Notes under the pieces: model-generated | Database searches by the model: none | Seen by the model: the letters and a program-made list of their open reading frames with translations, nothing else | Told to the model about the DNA's origin: nothing | Program-made: the position numbers and the translations under genes | Origin: Callorhinchus milii | Lineage: Eukaryota | Reading direction: 5' to 3' | Assembly: GCF_018977255.1 (NCBI RefSeq) | Contig: NW_024704742.1 | Location: 80,540,001-80,604,000 of the forward strand | Length of the DNA: 64,000 nucleotides | In this document: positions 1 to 12,349 of the stretch, piece after piece | How the letters are laid out: every line of letters starts with the position of its first letter | Numbering within the stretch: the first letter of the stretch is position 1

Positions 1-224
1 ATGATTGTATTTGATCTCGTACCTTATCACATCAAAACTTCTTAAAGTACTTCACAGGATTTACTCTCATGTATAATGACTCCATTTACATTGCTGTGTG
101 CAAACTAGCTGCTGTGTTTCACCCACAAAATACACAAAATTTTTAGTATATCCTGTGAAGTGTTTGGAAATACCTCAACGATATGATAAGGCACAATATC
201 AAATGGAAGAATTATTCTTTTTAG

Positions 225-480
225 GCAAATATGATGACCAATTTGCACACAGTCATGTTTCACAAACAACCAGGAGATGAATGACAATTTTATAGAGTAC
301 CGGGAAAGCTTTTTCTTTATGAGTAATGCTGCGCGACTGACAAATGAACATGGTTTAACATCTCATCTGTAGGATGGTGCCTCCAATACAGCACTCCACT
401 GAAGTGTTCACGTGTAAGATCAAAGACCCAACATGGGCTTGAAACCACAACATTCTGACTCAGAGGTATCAATTAATCCA
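225..480 (-). mobile_element. Old Deu-domain SINE (SacSINE1/AmnSINE1-like), degraded
   Basis: Reverse complement shows the head 'cctctgagtcagaatgttgtggtttcaag', Deu core 'ggcaccatcctacagatgagatgttaaacc' and the 'tgtgtgcaaattggtc' segment. Confidence 0.7.
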
Positions 481-754
481 GGTTGCCATTTGAATTTAGT
501 CTTTATAAACCTGATCAGAAGGTGGTTTAGCTGATTATCGACACAATAGTCTAACAAGATTGAATAATGCACTTAATTTTTGGTGCATTGAGCTTCTAAG
601 CAAGAAATAAACAAAATGTCAATTTACCAATGAACGAACACTAACTGGAATTGTTAAACCACCGAAAATAGAAGTCTGGACGTGAGATTCAAGTTGATAT
701 TTGAATTATAGCATTCTTATGAAACTGACTTAATTATTTCCCTAAATCAGTTAG

Positions 755-867
755 TCAGGTTATTTTGTTGATTATTTTGCAGCTTTCACCATTTAGAGAT
801 TGTTTCAACAACTTTTGAAAGATGAGAGCCACTGTGAGAAAGCTGAGAGCTGATCCGAACAGTGAAC
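755..867 (-). other. Candidate terminal coding exon with a hydrophobic segment (unassigned)
   Basis: Strong acceptor tgtctttcgcttcattatccttttag| at 868/867. One frame reads SLFGSALSFLTVALIFQKLLKQSLNGESCKIINKIT*. No homology recognised. Confidence 0.2.
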
Positions 868-1179
868 CTAAAAGGATAATGAAGCGAAAGACAATATGAA
901 AGATAAAAGCATATAGCAGTATTAAGCAATATAGCAGTCAGTATGAAATTAATATTATAATATAGCCTCACTAATGTTTGAAATGCTCTCTGGTCCAGTC
1001 CCTAGATTTCCATTCCAAACACTATTTTGCACATGAATTACACCGAATTATGATTTGAACCATTGGTCACCATGAGTTTGCAGTGATATAAAGGTCACTC
1101 ATACTAGGCAATGTTCATTGGAGAGAAAGGTAACTGATTCTAACCAACAATTAATACATTTAATGCCTCATTTCTTGAG

Positions 1180-1530
1180 GGATAATAAGCCCTCAAGAAA
1201 AAGAAAACAATAATAAATTGTCACTTCAATCCACGATTATATGTGGGACACTGTTGTGCGCAATTGGCTTCCGCGTTCGCCCACAAATATACAGTCAATT
1301 CACTTTGCAGTATATTCTGTGAAGTGCTTTAGGACGTCTAGAAGATGTGAAAAGCGCTATATCAAATGCAAGGATTATTATTATTATTACTGCCTGTGCG
1401 CAATTGACTGTTATGTTTCGTCCACAAATATACAGTCAATTCACTTTACAGTATATTCTGTGAAGCGCTTTGAGACGTCTAGAAGATGTGAAAAGCACTA
1501 TATCAAATGCAGTGATTATTATTATTATTT
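1180..1530 (+). mobile_element. tRNA-SINE 3' half followed by a second copy of its tail
   Basis: 'ctgttgtgcgcaattggct...aaaagcgctatatcaaatgcaaggattatta' at 1251-1389 recurs at about 1394-1528. Confidence 0.85.
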
Positions 1531-3642
1531 TCAATTATTATGTTGAGAAATTGTATTTCCTCATTTGATTTACCTTTTACTACCAGCTCACAACACCTTG
1601 ATATATACACCTTTGTTAACTGAAGTCATGATTACCAGGAGTCTATGGAACAGATCAAGCAATTCACACTAAAGCTGTTACTGCATTTCATGAAGATAGA
1701 GAGAGCCTTGAGTGTGTTCGACATGGGAAGTCTTTCAGGAACTGCCAAATCAAATAATGCTGAGTTAGAGAAATACCATGCATTTGCAAAGTATGGCAGG
1801 CTCATCACAGAAGAACACAGCATCTTCAGAGAAATCTAATGCAACTGCTCATGCTTTTCAATCTCCTGGACTTGTTGAAGCAAGTTTCATAGATCGTAAC
1901 ATGAAGGTCAAAATTAGATTCTGAGATTTCACTGATTTGCTTGCCCTTTTGTATGATCCTGAAGACTGGTCACTGAGTCAATGTGAATGGATTTCCTTCA
2001 CATGCAAGCATGAATCATCTGTGATGCAGGCATGAGAGGCAATGCTCCTGTGCACCATGATACTTATTATATAGTTTTACACTTATGTGTAATCAATCAT
2101 CCATCATTAACACTATCACCAGCCTGCCAATATCAATCGTTTGGATTGACCTGTTATGTGCTGATTGGAAGTTGAGCTTTCATTTGAGACATTAGCGAGA
2201 GACCTCACACTGGTAATAAAGTGAAGAGGCAAATTGAAGACAATGCAGACTTTATCAACCAAAGACAGCTAATCTATTCATGAATCAATAGCAAATTCTG
2301 AGGTGTAGTAATGATAAGCCTTGTGTTTGCTATGATGACTAGACCCTCTAAATGTCTCAAAGCGCTTCATGGAGAATTGCTGTCAAATGTAAAGATTTAT
2401 CTTTACAGATTTGTATTTGTCACCAAATCATCCAAATTCCACACAGCAGTGTCAAACAATCAGACATGTGGAGAATTGTCAATTTACTTGTTTGCTAGGT
2501 ATCAATGTAAAACACCAGTGTAAAACAATAATGGAACAAAATTATATAGCATTACTTTAAGCATCAAATTTGATTAAAACAGTGCGATAAAAGTTGGTTA
2601 CTGACAATAAAATTGTGTGAACAAATGAAAATTGACTTGTTCAGCAGAATCTTCAGGAAAATGTGGATGGAAATTAGTTGAAAGTCTGGTTCATGGTTTT
2701 AGTGGTTTTATAAAAACTGCAGATTTATCAGAACATTGGTAGATACTAAATGTTATCAAATTAATCCATATCTGAAGAAGGCAATGTTGTCATACAATAT
2801 GAAGTCGAAATTCTGGTAGCCAAATGTTCAAAGAGTTAATGTTAGCTTGCAGGGGAGTTTATTAGCATGGTGCAGTAACACTTAAATATTTCTGGGAAGA
2901 ATACATCTAAACTGGAGACTTGTAGTGAGGCGTAGAACAGTCAATCACAACCCAAGCATAAGGTAGTCCCTCGGCAACCTATTTGGAGAGTAATACATGG
3001 TCCCGTCACCCAGTTATCACACTATATGAGGCTGGACACAGAGTGATTGCTATCACCCAGGAACAAATGCTGAAATATAATTTAGACAAACACTTTTACC
3101 TTCAGAAGCAATCCTAGCAGGTTACATCTCCTTTTTCCTGTGTATTGCATTACTGAAACATTGCCAGCCTTGTCAATCTTCTGTACGGTTTCTCTGAATG
3201 GTACATGATAGTTTGGAAAACTTATGCAAAATACATGGAGTCAATTTAACTTTATCATTAGTTCCACAGTAACAAACTTTTAAAGGGACAATTTTGGCAG
3301 CTGTCATTGATTTCTAGAAAGACAACTCTTAGCAGATAGATGGAACTTACATAATGCATGTAAAAAAATCATGTAAGATATATATGAAAAATGTTTTACC
3401 TCTTAAAAAGGAAGTTCAATCTGCAAGACTGTTTCAAAGCTACAAAACCAATGACTAATAATAATATAATAAGAAGAACTTGAATTTAAATAGCACCCAT
3501 CACACAAGGTAAGAGTGCTTAAAGAAACTTGCTGCAAGGTGATAATAAATTGTTGGTCAATTTAAAAAGAATAAACAATTCCATTACTAACACTGCTCAC
3601 GTCACTTACACAGCTTAGCTAAATGCATGGATGATACCACAA

Positions 3643-3958
3643 ATCCACTGGCGAGTGAATCGGTAACCCAAGGACACTGATTTCAAATAATTGTTAAAAG
3701 AAACAAGAGTGGAGGTGAGGAGAACATTTTTCATACAGCGAGTTGTTCAGATTTGGAATGCATTGCCTGAAAGGGTGGTGGAAGCTGATTCAATAACCAC
3801 TTTTAAGAGAGAAGTAGATAATTGTTTGAGGGGACAAGTTTGCAGGGCTGTGGGGAAAAAGCGGGGAGTGGGATTGATTTGGATAGCACTTTTCAAAGAG
3901 CCGGCACAGACACGATGGGTCGAATGGCCTCCTTTGTGCTGTATAATTCTATGATTCT
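3643..3958 (+). mobile_element. CR1 LINE 3' end (ORF2 C-terminus and 3'UTR)
   Basis: RRTFFIQRVVQIWNALPERVVEADSITTFKREVD is typical of the CR1 ORF2 C-terminus. Ends 'gatgggtcgaatggcctcct...attctatgattcta', the CR1 ATTCTRTG tail. Confidence 0.9.
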
Positions 3959-4130
3959 AAATGCATAGAAACCTGCCTCAAAAAAGTCACAAATATTTCA
4001 AGAATGAAGGTAAAGGTAGCCTTTTGACAATCAGTACCAAACAAGTTCTTTAAAGGCAGAGTTTTATTTTTGCGTGAACACTGAGGGAAAATCATTTAAA
4101 TGCCACAACTCTTACACCAAAATCATAAAG

Positions 4131-4455
4131 TGGAGTCCTGTAGCTCAGTGGTTAGAGCACTCGCTTTGCAAGCGAGAGACCTGGGTTCAATTCCAGGCAG
4201 AGGGCGAAACCTTGGGCAAGTTTCCTTACTCCACACAGAGCCTAATAATAATCCCTCCAAAACCAAAAACAATAATACATTGGTCATTTTCAATCCACGA
4301 CTGTTTGTGGGACATTGCTGTGCGCAATTGGCTGCCGCGTTCGCCCACAAATATACAGTCAATTCACTGTACAGTGTGTTCTGTGAAGCGCTTTGGGACG
4401 TCCTCCCGACGTGAAAAGCGCTATATCAAATGCAAGGATTATTATTATTATTATT
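4131..4455 (+). mobile_element. Full-length tRNA-derived SINE, short-form subfamily (SINE2-1_CM-like)
   Basis: Pol III A-box tagctcagtgg (4141) and B-box gggttcaattcc (about 4183), L2-like 3' stem-loop and (ATT)n tail. Candidate TSD ataaag at 4125-4130 and 4456-4461. Confidence 0.92.
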
Positions 4456-6074
4456 ATAAAGCAATGTCCATGTATTTCTGAAGTTGTTGATCTGTGAAGC
4501 CGATAGTAACTAAATTACACATGCCATGATCAGTGAATCACTCAAGTTAATTTACATTCTTAACCAGCTTAAATTGTAGCTGCATTTAAAATGATGGGGG
4601 ATGATTGTTGCTGTGTACCACTGGCAAGAAGGCAGCGATATACGTCAGCCTCCTCCATACTGCCTGGAGAACCTACCTGCTGCTCCCCTGCACCTTTGAC
4701 AGAAGCCTGCCCATTCGAGTGTTATCGATGAAGGTAGTCATATGGTCATCTGCTCCTGGTTCCTGGGGGCGTGCTTTCATTTGAGCATTAGGCAATGCCG
4801 CAGGAGTAGTTGAGAGGAACGGAACAGTTCCAATCACCATAAGCCTGGTAGATGGACTGAGAGCTGGGGTGGGTGGGTTGGAGGGGGGAGTATAGAATCA
4901 GTAGAAGTGAAGTTTTTTGGGGGCACGGAGAAAGTAGACAGATGCAGAATCTACACACTTACAAATACACAGTCACTGCACCTTACAGTAAACCCTGTGA
5001 AGTGCTTTGAGATATTTAATGATAAGGTGCTATATCAAATGTAAGTATAATTTTTATGTTATTATTATTATCTTTTGAAGCACTAATAGAGGATCAATGC
5101 CTTCCTTATACATCACAATAATAGAGCATTTGGTTTCTTATTGCTTCTAATCAATGCAACAATGCTCAGTCCAATTTATTTACGGTCTGAATCAATATAC
5201 GGTGGACGTGGTCAAAATCGATATTCTGCTTGCTGACAAAACCACCCTCTGCAAAGTGATCATCTCACCAATCTGAAAGACAAGTGCAATTGAATTACCG
5301 ATATACACAGATAGCGGGCAGACAAATGCTGTTATTTTGAGTGCTGAGAAGATCGACCCATAAATTCTATTGATATAAATTGGCCATTATCATTACCCCT
5401 CCCATACACACACACGCAAACTCTCTTCCTTTTCAAAGATTCAACTCCTTAGTTTGTAATTACATTTTCCGTGCCAAACAAGTGGAGCAGGTGACTGAGA
5501 AATTTGATTTAATTTAATTTAGAGTCTGTTCCTTGCAGACAGGCACTGTCACAGTCAGTACCTTCTCTGTCATTGATGCACAATGGCATCTGCGGTGCAG
5601 ACTTAATGATTGTGAAGTAGGCACTCTGAACTTTTGATTGATAGTCAATAGCTGACTCCCAGGAAATAATTCAGTCAGTGTATATGCACGTTTCAGAAAA
5701 GCAAAAGTATATCTGTCCCATTATGATGGTTGCAAATTCTGTGGAAGGATTAAACTTACTGCATCTAGCAAATGCAAATAAGGCAATTAATGGTGAAGGC
5801 AAATGAAAGTAAGTATAATGAATTTTGGACAAGTTGAATTTCAAAGACAAAAGGAGCTTGAATGCGAGAATAGATATAATGATTGAATATGCAGAGATGG
5901 ATTTCACAGAAAATCAATTCAGTAGAGGCTGGTTTTCATTCTTGTTTCGGTTTCTTTCTCGTTTTTTAAAAGTTAGTACTTGAGTTAAATTGAGCAATTG
6001 CAGTGTCAGACAAGAGAATAATTCTTGCATTTGATGTAACACCTTATGACATTGTCATGTGCTACCGTGCCTCA

Positions 6075-6445
6075 GCACATTTGCTACTGAGTTAGAAAGT
6101 TGTGGATTCAAGCCCCAAATTGGGTATTTTGAATCAGACTGAATTTCAATATTTTGCTGGGGAAGTGTTGCAACCGGTCGATTTCATGCTTCAGATGAAA
6201 CTTTAAACCAAGGTCCTGTTTGCCTGTTTGGCAGGACATTAAAGATCCCCTGGGGTGCTGACAAACAATCCCCAAAATAAAATGAATCATTTATTTTGTG
6301 GCTGTTTGTGGGCACTACTGTATGCAAATTGGCTGCTGTATTTGCTGCAAATACATGGTCGTTACTATTTAGAGTCATTCCTGTGAAGCCCTTTGAAATG
6401 TTTTGATAGAGTATGTTGCTGCATCTAATGTAAGAATTATTATTA
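6075..6445 (+). mobile_element. Deu-domain SINE
   Basis: 'ctgagttagaaagttgtggattcaag...cagatgaaactttaaaccaaggtcctg...aaagatccc...gctgtttgtggg...caaattggctgc'. Confidence 0.8.
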
Positions 6446-7280
6446 GAGAACAGTTTATTTGAATAACAGGAACAGTCCTTTGCCCTAATATAGAGGAAAC
6501 AAAATCAATGCTGTGCTATCTCTAGTTTCTCTGACACATGAACCTATTCTGTCAAAAATAGTTTGACTTGGGATCCAAACTTGCTTTCACAATGATTAAA
6601 ATAGCACCAGGAGAAAGTGCTAACCTCCCAAAACAGAGTGTAGCTATGATTTTCTTTCTTTTCTTGGGCAAGGGGCTTGCTTCATAAATAATATTAAAAT
6701 TAATAATAAATGTAATGTGGAATTTTTCAGTTACAGTACAGACTATTTTACAGCCTTCATTCATTGTGCATAATATTTCTTAAGATGCATTCCACATATT
6801 GATTTTTTTCTCCCCACGTGAATGTAGGCATGTTGAGGTCAGCTCTTTCTGATCCACTGAAGGTTTGATTAATAATAGAGAATTATGGCTTTTTCATTAT
6901 CTTAACAATCACAATGAATCACATCAAGTTGAATTGTTTTTGGTCATTGGGGTTTTTTGGTTAAGGGCAGAATCACAATGAAAACACTCTGCAGCTGCCT
7001 GCAAAAATGACCATGACAAAAACTGTATTTCTTCTAAGCAATGCCCTGTACCTCAAACATAGTGAACGGTAGCAATAAGTTCTTGTGTCTGAGTTGAGGC
7101 TCTGGGATCCATTTGGGATTCCCTGGAGAAAATGCTGTTTTCACAGGAGCTTTAGCCAGTGGCCACATATGTAGTATGCACCTAGAGCTCTTTCTAGATG
7201 ATTGTTATCACAAGATTTGGAGTTTGGCTGTCTGAGATTATAAAAAGAAATGTTCTAATTGAAAATCTTCACAAGCTCAT

Positions 7281-7327
7281 CCTTTAACAGTAATGTGCAA
7301 TCCTCTATTGCACATTACTGTTAAAGG
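7281..7327. repeat. Perfect inverted repeat, 21-bp arms, 5-nt loop
   Basis: cctttaacagtaatgtgcaat-cctct-attgcacattactgttaaagg. Confidence 0.97.
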
Positions 7328-7377
7328 CATCAATACCACTTAGCTGAATGTAACATTGTTTGTGCCTCAAATGTAAT

Positions 7378-7738
7378 GGAGTCCTGTAGCGTAATGGTTA
7401 GCACTCTCGCCTCACAAAAGAGAGGACCCGGATTTGATTCCCGGGCGGGGCACAACCTAAAGTTTCCTTACTCCCTGCCTCAGTTTACCTAGCAGTAAGT
7501 AGAAAACCTAATTGATAGTTGATTGCCGTATCACTTTCCAGGAGTAACAATCCCTCCCAAAAAATGTTGGTCACTCAATCCATGATGGTTTGTAGTACAC
7601 TGCTGTGTACAATTGGCTGTTGTGTTGTGGCCAAAAAAAACACAGTCACTACACTTTACAATATATTCTGTGAAGCACTTTTAGACATTTTAACGATGTG
7701 ATAAGGCATTATACCAAATGCAAGGATTATTATTATAA
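7378..7738 (+). mobile_element. Full-length tRNA-derived SINE, long-form subfamily
   Basis: ggagtcctgtagcgtaatggttagcactc head, internal 'tttacctagcagtaagtag' block, aaatgcaaggattatta tail. Confidence 0.9.
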
Positions 7739-8372
7739 TTATTTGCTAGCAGATGCCCACTATCTTTAGACAAACTGTTATTGCATTGATCATGTAACCA
7801 TTTTGAAAATGAAATGAAATTTAAATAGTTGTCACCTGTACTACCATTTACCAAAGTTGTTTGTTGTACATTTGATGAAATTAATTGAATTCATCATTTC
7901 GGACCAAATGATACACTGATACCACAATTGCAAAATTGGATTTGTGTCACAGTGCCAGTGACTTATTTATTGACCCCCCTAAATTATTGGTTTACTTATT
8001 TCCTCTCCCCTCCCACAGTAAATAAGACAGACTTTCTGCAATGGGCCTGGATGAAGGGGTGAGAATAAAGTCATAATTGTTATTGCAGTGAGTAAAATGT
8101 CATGACATTTAATTTCATTACTTTCATTACAGTCAATTCACTTTACCGTATATTCTGTGAAGTGCTTTGAGATGTCTCAAAGATGTAATGAGGCACTATA
8201 TCAAATGCAAGAATTATTTTTTTTGTGACATCTCAGGCTCTTTTGGGATAGGCACATTCATATATTGTCATAGCAGGGGCACACTCCCTCCAATTGTTTT
8301 GGGTATTAAGAACATATTATAGGATCTGAACTTGGCTCAGTTTGTAGAACTCTCACCTCTGAGTCAGAAACT

Positions 8373-8630
8373 GCTCGGTCTCCAACCGATCGATTGTTGG
8401 TAGGTGCCATCTTGCACATACTTAATAAAAACAAGAGTAAGGAGCAATATTTACAACAGTTTAAATATTAACATTTATATTTTATTTGAAAAGGCATGAA
8501 GTATTTTGTACATATGACTTCAGTTTCAATTTGACTCAATAATGACATATTTCTATCACTCCTTTCGCTTGTCGTTGTGATTATGTATGTGAGCGCCACC
8601 TAGAGGTGATCAACTGGTTGGAGACCCCTG
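8373..8630. mobile_element. hAT-like MITE (non-autonomous DNA transposon)
   Basis: Terminal inverted repeats ggtctccaacc (8377-8387) and ggttggagacccctg (8616-8630). A CAGGGG-type terminus is typical of hAT elements. The outer left bases are decayed and no TSD is visible. Confidence 0.65.
8591..8609 (-). promoter_or_regulatory. CTCF-binding motif
   Basis: Minus strand reads CCTCTAGGTGGCGCTC, a close match to the CTCF core CC(A/T)(C/G)(C/T)AG(A/G)(G/T)GGC(A/G)(C/G). Confidence 0.6.
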
Positions 8631-9179
8631 GACTATGCTGATGCTTCATTGAATTGTCATGGTCAAAAGAGTTATAGACAAGTAGGGAGAATATAGGCAC
8701 CAATAATGATAATCGTTACATTTGATATGACTCCTTTTATGTTTTGGAGAATGTCTTAAAGTACTTAAAATGGAGTGACTGTAACTTTGGATGAATGTGG
8801 CAGCCAATTTGCAAGCAGAAATGTCACACAAACAGCCGAAGGTGAATGACCAGTTTTATTAGGAGTGGGGGTTGGCCAGACCAATCATATGATAGAAACA
8901 TAGTTCCACACGGAAAGAGATCAACAGTATTTAATGTTTGCAAAGCTTCTTCATCTCAGCAGAGGATTGTATTAAAATATTGATAAGGGATCACAATCCT
9001 GAGAAGGAAACATAAAATCATAAAGAAGATGTCAGAGAGTGATGATAAAGACAGCAAAGCAGGCACCAGTTCAATGGGTCATATGGTACAAACAAATACA
9101 AGAAAGAAAATGAGATTGTTTCTAAAACCTGAGAGAAATTAGTGAGGAAATAATCATTGGTTGAACATTTTTTAGATAT

Positions 9180-9420
9180 TATTGACCTGAGGACTGGAAG
9201 GAGCTAATATAATATGAATATACTAAATGGATAATGAGAACTTAAATGGGAAATTATGGTCCAATTAGGGTAATGTGAATAATAAGACTCAAGAGGTTTA
9301 TGAAACAGTAGCAATTTACATCAGAACCACTTGCAGGGTTTAGAATCAACAGTCATGACTCACAAGACAGGATATAGTTTATTTGGATTTTGTAAATGTT
9401 TACTGGTGATGCTTTTAAAC
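9180..9420 (+). mobile_element. Very old CR1 ORF2 remnant
   Basis: Traces of the PEDWK-AN, GNY-PI and DIVYLDF motifs (cctgaggactggaag; ggaaattatggtccaatt; gatatagtttatttggatttt). Confidence 0.6.
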
Positions 9421-9920
9421 AACATGCATTTAAATAGTACCCTTCAGAAGGGGTACCATTTCAGAGTGCTAAAGAAAACTGAGGCTCAAAGAATGAATTT
9501 GAAATGAGTTACTTAGATTGAAAACTAGATTAAAAAGGTTAGACTTCTTTTAACATCAAAGCCAGGCACTGATAGGATTCAAAATGCAGGGTTACTGCTT
9601 CAGTTCTACAATTGTCAAAATAGTCTACAGTGAAAACCATAATTCTTCCTGATATCAGACTAACATAACATGTAACTGTGTAACATAAGTTTCATAAAGC
9701 ACTTTAACTGTCTTCTGTGTTATCTTTAAACACGCTTAAAAGCAACTTGGTAATTAACTGGTTTATGTGACTATATTTTAACTTGGGGCATCGACAGAAT
9801 GCAAAACGAGGAAAGGTTTGTGTAAATCACTGGTGGCTTTATTACTACTCATGAGCTCGGAAATTGCCTCTATTCTTGGAATTGAGTTGTTTAACCATAC
9901 AATTTTTTAAAAGTCCTTTA

Positions 9921-11160
9921 CAAAACAACAACAACTTGCATTTATATTGCACCCTCCACGCAGGGTAGTGTCTCAGAGCGCTTAACAGTGGCGGAACCTG
10001 ACTCCGAGCCAGGGGGGGAGAGATGGCCCTAAGCATGGTCGAAAAGGAAGGTTTTCAGGAGCGACTTAACAAAGGCAAGAGAGGGGGCAAGGTGGAGGGA
10101 TTGAGGGAAAGTGTTTCAGAGTTTCGGGGCATAGTGGCTGAAAATACGACCTACATTGGTGGAGCAGTGGACTGCAGGGACAAGAGGGAAGCCTATGCCA
10201 GGCGAGTGGAGGTGCCAGATGGTGGATTGGGAAGTGAGGAGGTCGGAGAGGTAGGGAGATGCCAGGGAGTGAAAGGATTTGAACACCAGTGTGAAGATCT
10301 TGAAGTCGATCCATTCAGTGATGGGGAGCCAGTGGAGCCTGGCCAGTACTGGTGAGATGGGGGTACAGAGGTTGGTTCGGGTCAGTATGCGGGTGGCAGA
10401 GTTCTGAATGAGCTGGATTATTTGAAAAGTGGAGCTTGGAAGATGGGTGAGGAGTGCATTCGAATAATCCAGGTGGGAGGTAACAAACACATTCATGAGG
10501 ATTTTGGCTGCATTTGGGGTAAGGTACGGTCAGAGGTGGGCAATGTGGTGGAGTTGGAAGAAGGTGGTCCTAGTCAAGGACCAGATGTGAGGAAGGAAGG
10601 ACAGCTGGGAGTCGAATCAGATACACTGGTTTGGTGAGTCTGAGTGAGAGTCCAGGGAGGTTGTGGAGTTCAAATCCGCAGGAGTAAAGATGTTGACAGG
10701 AGCCAAGGAGTATGGCTTCCGTCTTGTCCACAATCAGCTGCAGGAAATTTGCACTCTTCCAGGCACTGATATCTGCCAGAAAAAACTGTTAGAACATCGA
10801 CGGATCTGGAGGAGACAAAGTACACCTGTGTGTCATCTGCATATATGTGAAAGTTTACCCCATGTCTGCAAATGACATCGTCAAGAGGGAGCTTATAAAT
10901 GAAGAAAACATGAAGGCCAAGGATAGAGCCCTGGGGTGCCCCGCAGGTGATCGGGCGAGGGAGGGAGGAGAAACCAATTTGCTGAGATGAAGTGGAGGAA
11001 GTTGGTTAAGTACCGCTTGAACCATGCAAGTGCAGTCTCACTAAGATGGATGAGGCAGGAGAGGCAGTGGAGGAGAATATAGAGTTTGACTGTGTTCGAA
11101 AGAGATCCAAGAGGACGAGGCAGAGGGAGCCCTGGTCACAGATAGAGAGGATGTTTTTTC
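9921..11160 (-). mobile_element. L2 LINE, 5'-truncated and frameshifted (second tail subfamily)
   Basis: Peptides FVTSHLDYSNALL, LHWLPI and LCLVLLDL. The 3' end is 'gcgctctgagacactaccctgcgtggagggtgcaatataaatgcaag(ttg)n'. Confidence 0.92.
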
Positions 11161-11260
11161 TGACTTTGACTTTACCATTTGAATCCCTACCTCTATAGCA
11201 AGACAATGGGACTGTGAAGTTGCTGCCAACCTGCTGGAATCCTTTTCTATGGACACGTCT

Positions 11261-12090
11261 AAGCAACAACAAATTGGATTTATATAGCGTCTTTCACATC
11301 AGAAGTACCTCCCAAGGCGATGGACAGTTAAGACTTTGTAACTAAGAGCCCCTACCCTCCACCTCTTTTGATTCCAACCCCAAGGTGGAGGGTAGGAGGG
11401 ATGGGAGGGTAGCCAACGACACGGTCAAAGAGGAAGGTCTTGAGGTGGGCCTTTAAGGAGGCAAGAGAATGTGCAGACGGAGGGATTCTGGAATGTAATT
11501 CCAGAGGGTGGTGACAGGAAAGCTGAATGCCAGCGCCAGCCGAACGGAGGTAATGGACAAGTTGGTATGGTGTTAGTAGTTCACAGAGGGCTTTAAAAGT
11601 GAGGATGAGGATTTTAAACTCCATTCTTTGAGGGATGGAGAGCCATTGGAGCCATGCGAGGATGGGGTGATTGGCTCATGGAGCTTGGCATGGGAGAAGA
11701 CATGAGCTACAGAGTTCTAAATAATCTGCGTCTTGTGGACAGAAGAGTTGGAAATAATGGTGAGCAGAGAAGCATTGTAGTGGAGCCTGGATGTGATGAA
11801 TGCTTGAACGAAGGGGTCTTGGCGGTCTGAGGGTAGAGGCAGTGGTGGCGGCAGGCAATGTTGCGGAGGTGAGAGAAGGCAGAATGGGTCATATCATGGA
11901 TGTGCGGTTTAAAGGACAGTTGAGTGTTGAACAGGACACCAAGGTTCCAGACTGGCTTTGTGAGGTGGAGAGTGCATCCGTGAATGGTAATGTTATAATT
12001 AATGTTATAATTAAGAAATAGGGGACCAAGGACAGAGCTACGTGGAATGCCACACATGATGGTACGAGGGCAGGTTGCACTGATGGGAAC
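11261..12090 (-). mobile_element. L2 LINE, 5'-truncated
   Basis: GIPRSSVLGPLF, WNLGVLF, HLRNIA and LKAHLKTFLF motifs, with a (ttg)n tail near 11265. Confidence 0.9.
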
Positions 12091-12109
12091 TCTTTTCATT
12101 CCCACTATT

Positions 12110-12345
12110 ACTCTGGGTAAGCACCTTAATTTCTTCACGGGAGTTTGTCCTGGGATTACTTCTGTATCTTGTATATATTAATGACCTGGATTCACACACC
12201 CAGTATCAGTGTCATTTACATTTGCAAATGATACCAAATTGGGGGAAATGTGGAATCAGAGAAGGCAGCAAAGGTTTTACAAAGGGAGCTCGATATGGTA
12301 TGCAAATAAGCTGATAGCTGGCAAATGCAGATAAATGTAAATACT
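12110..12345 (+). mobile_element. CR1 ORF2 RT fragment (5' part of an interrupted copy)
   Basis: YINDLD ... FANDTKLG ... LQRELD ... WQMQINV, matching the CR1 FADDTKL region. Confidence 0.8.
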
Positions 12346-12349
12346 CCAA

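Noticed and set aside
4131..4205. tRNA gene
   Set aside because: A/B boxes are present, but the sequence runs on into a SINE body and tail and recurs at 7378, 50940 and 57495. It is a SINE head.
4677..4846. Minus-strand open exon LMVIGTVPFLSTTP...
   Set aside because: No recognisable homology and only moderate splice signals, consistent with chance.
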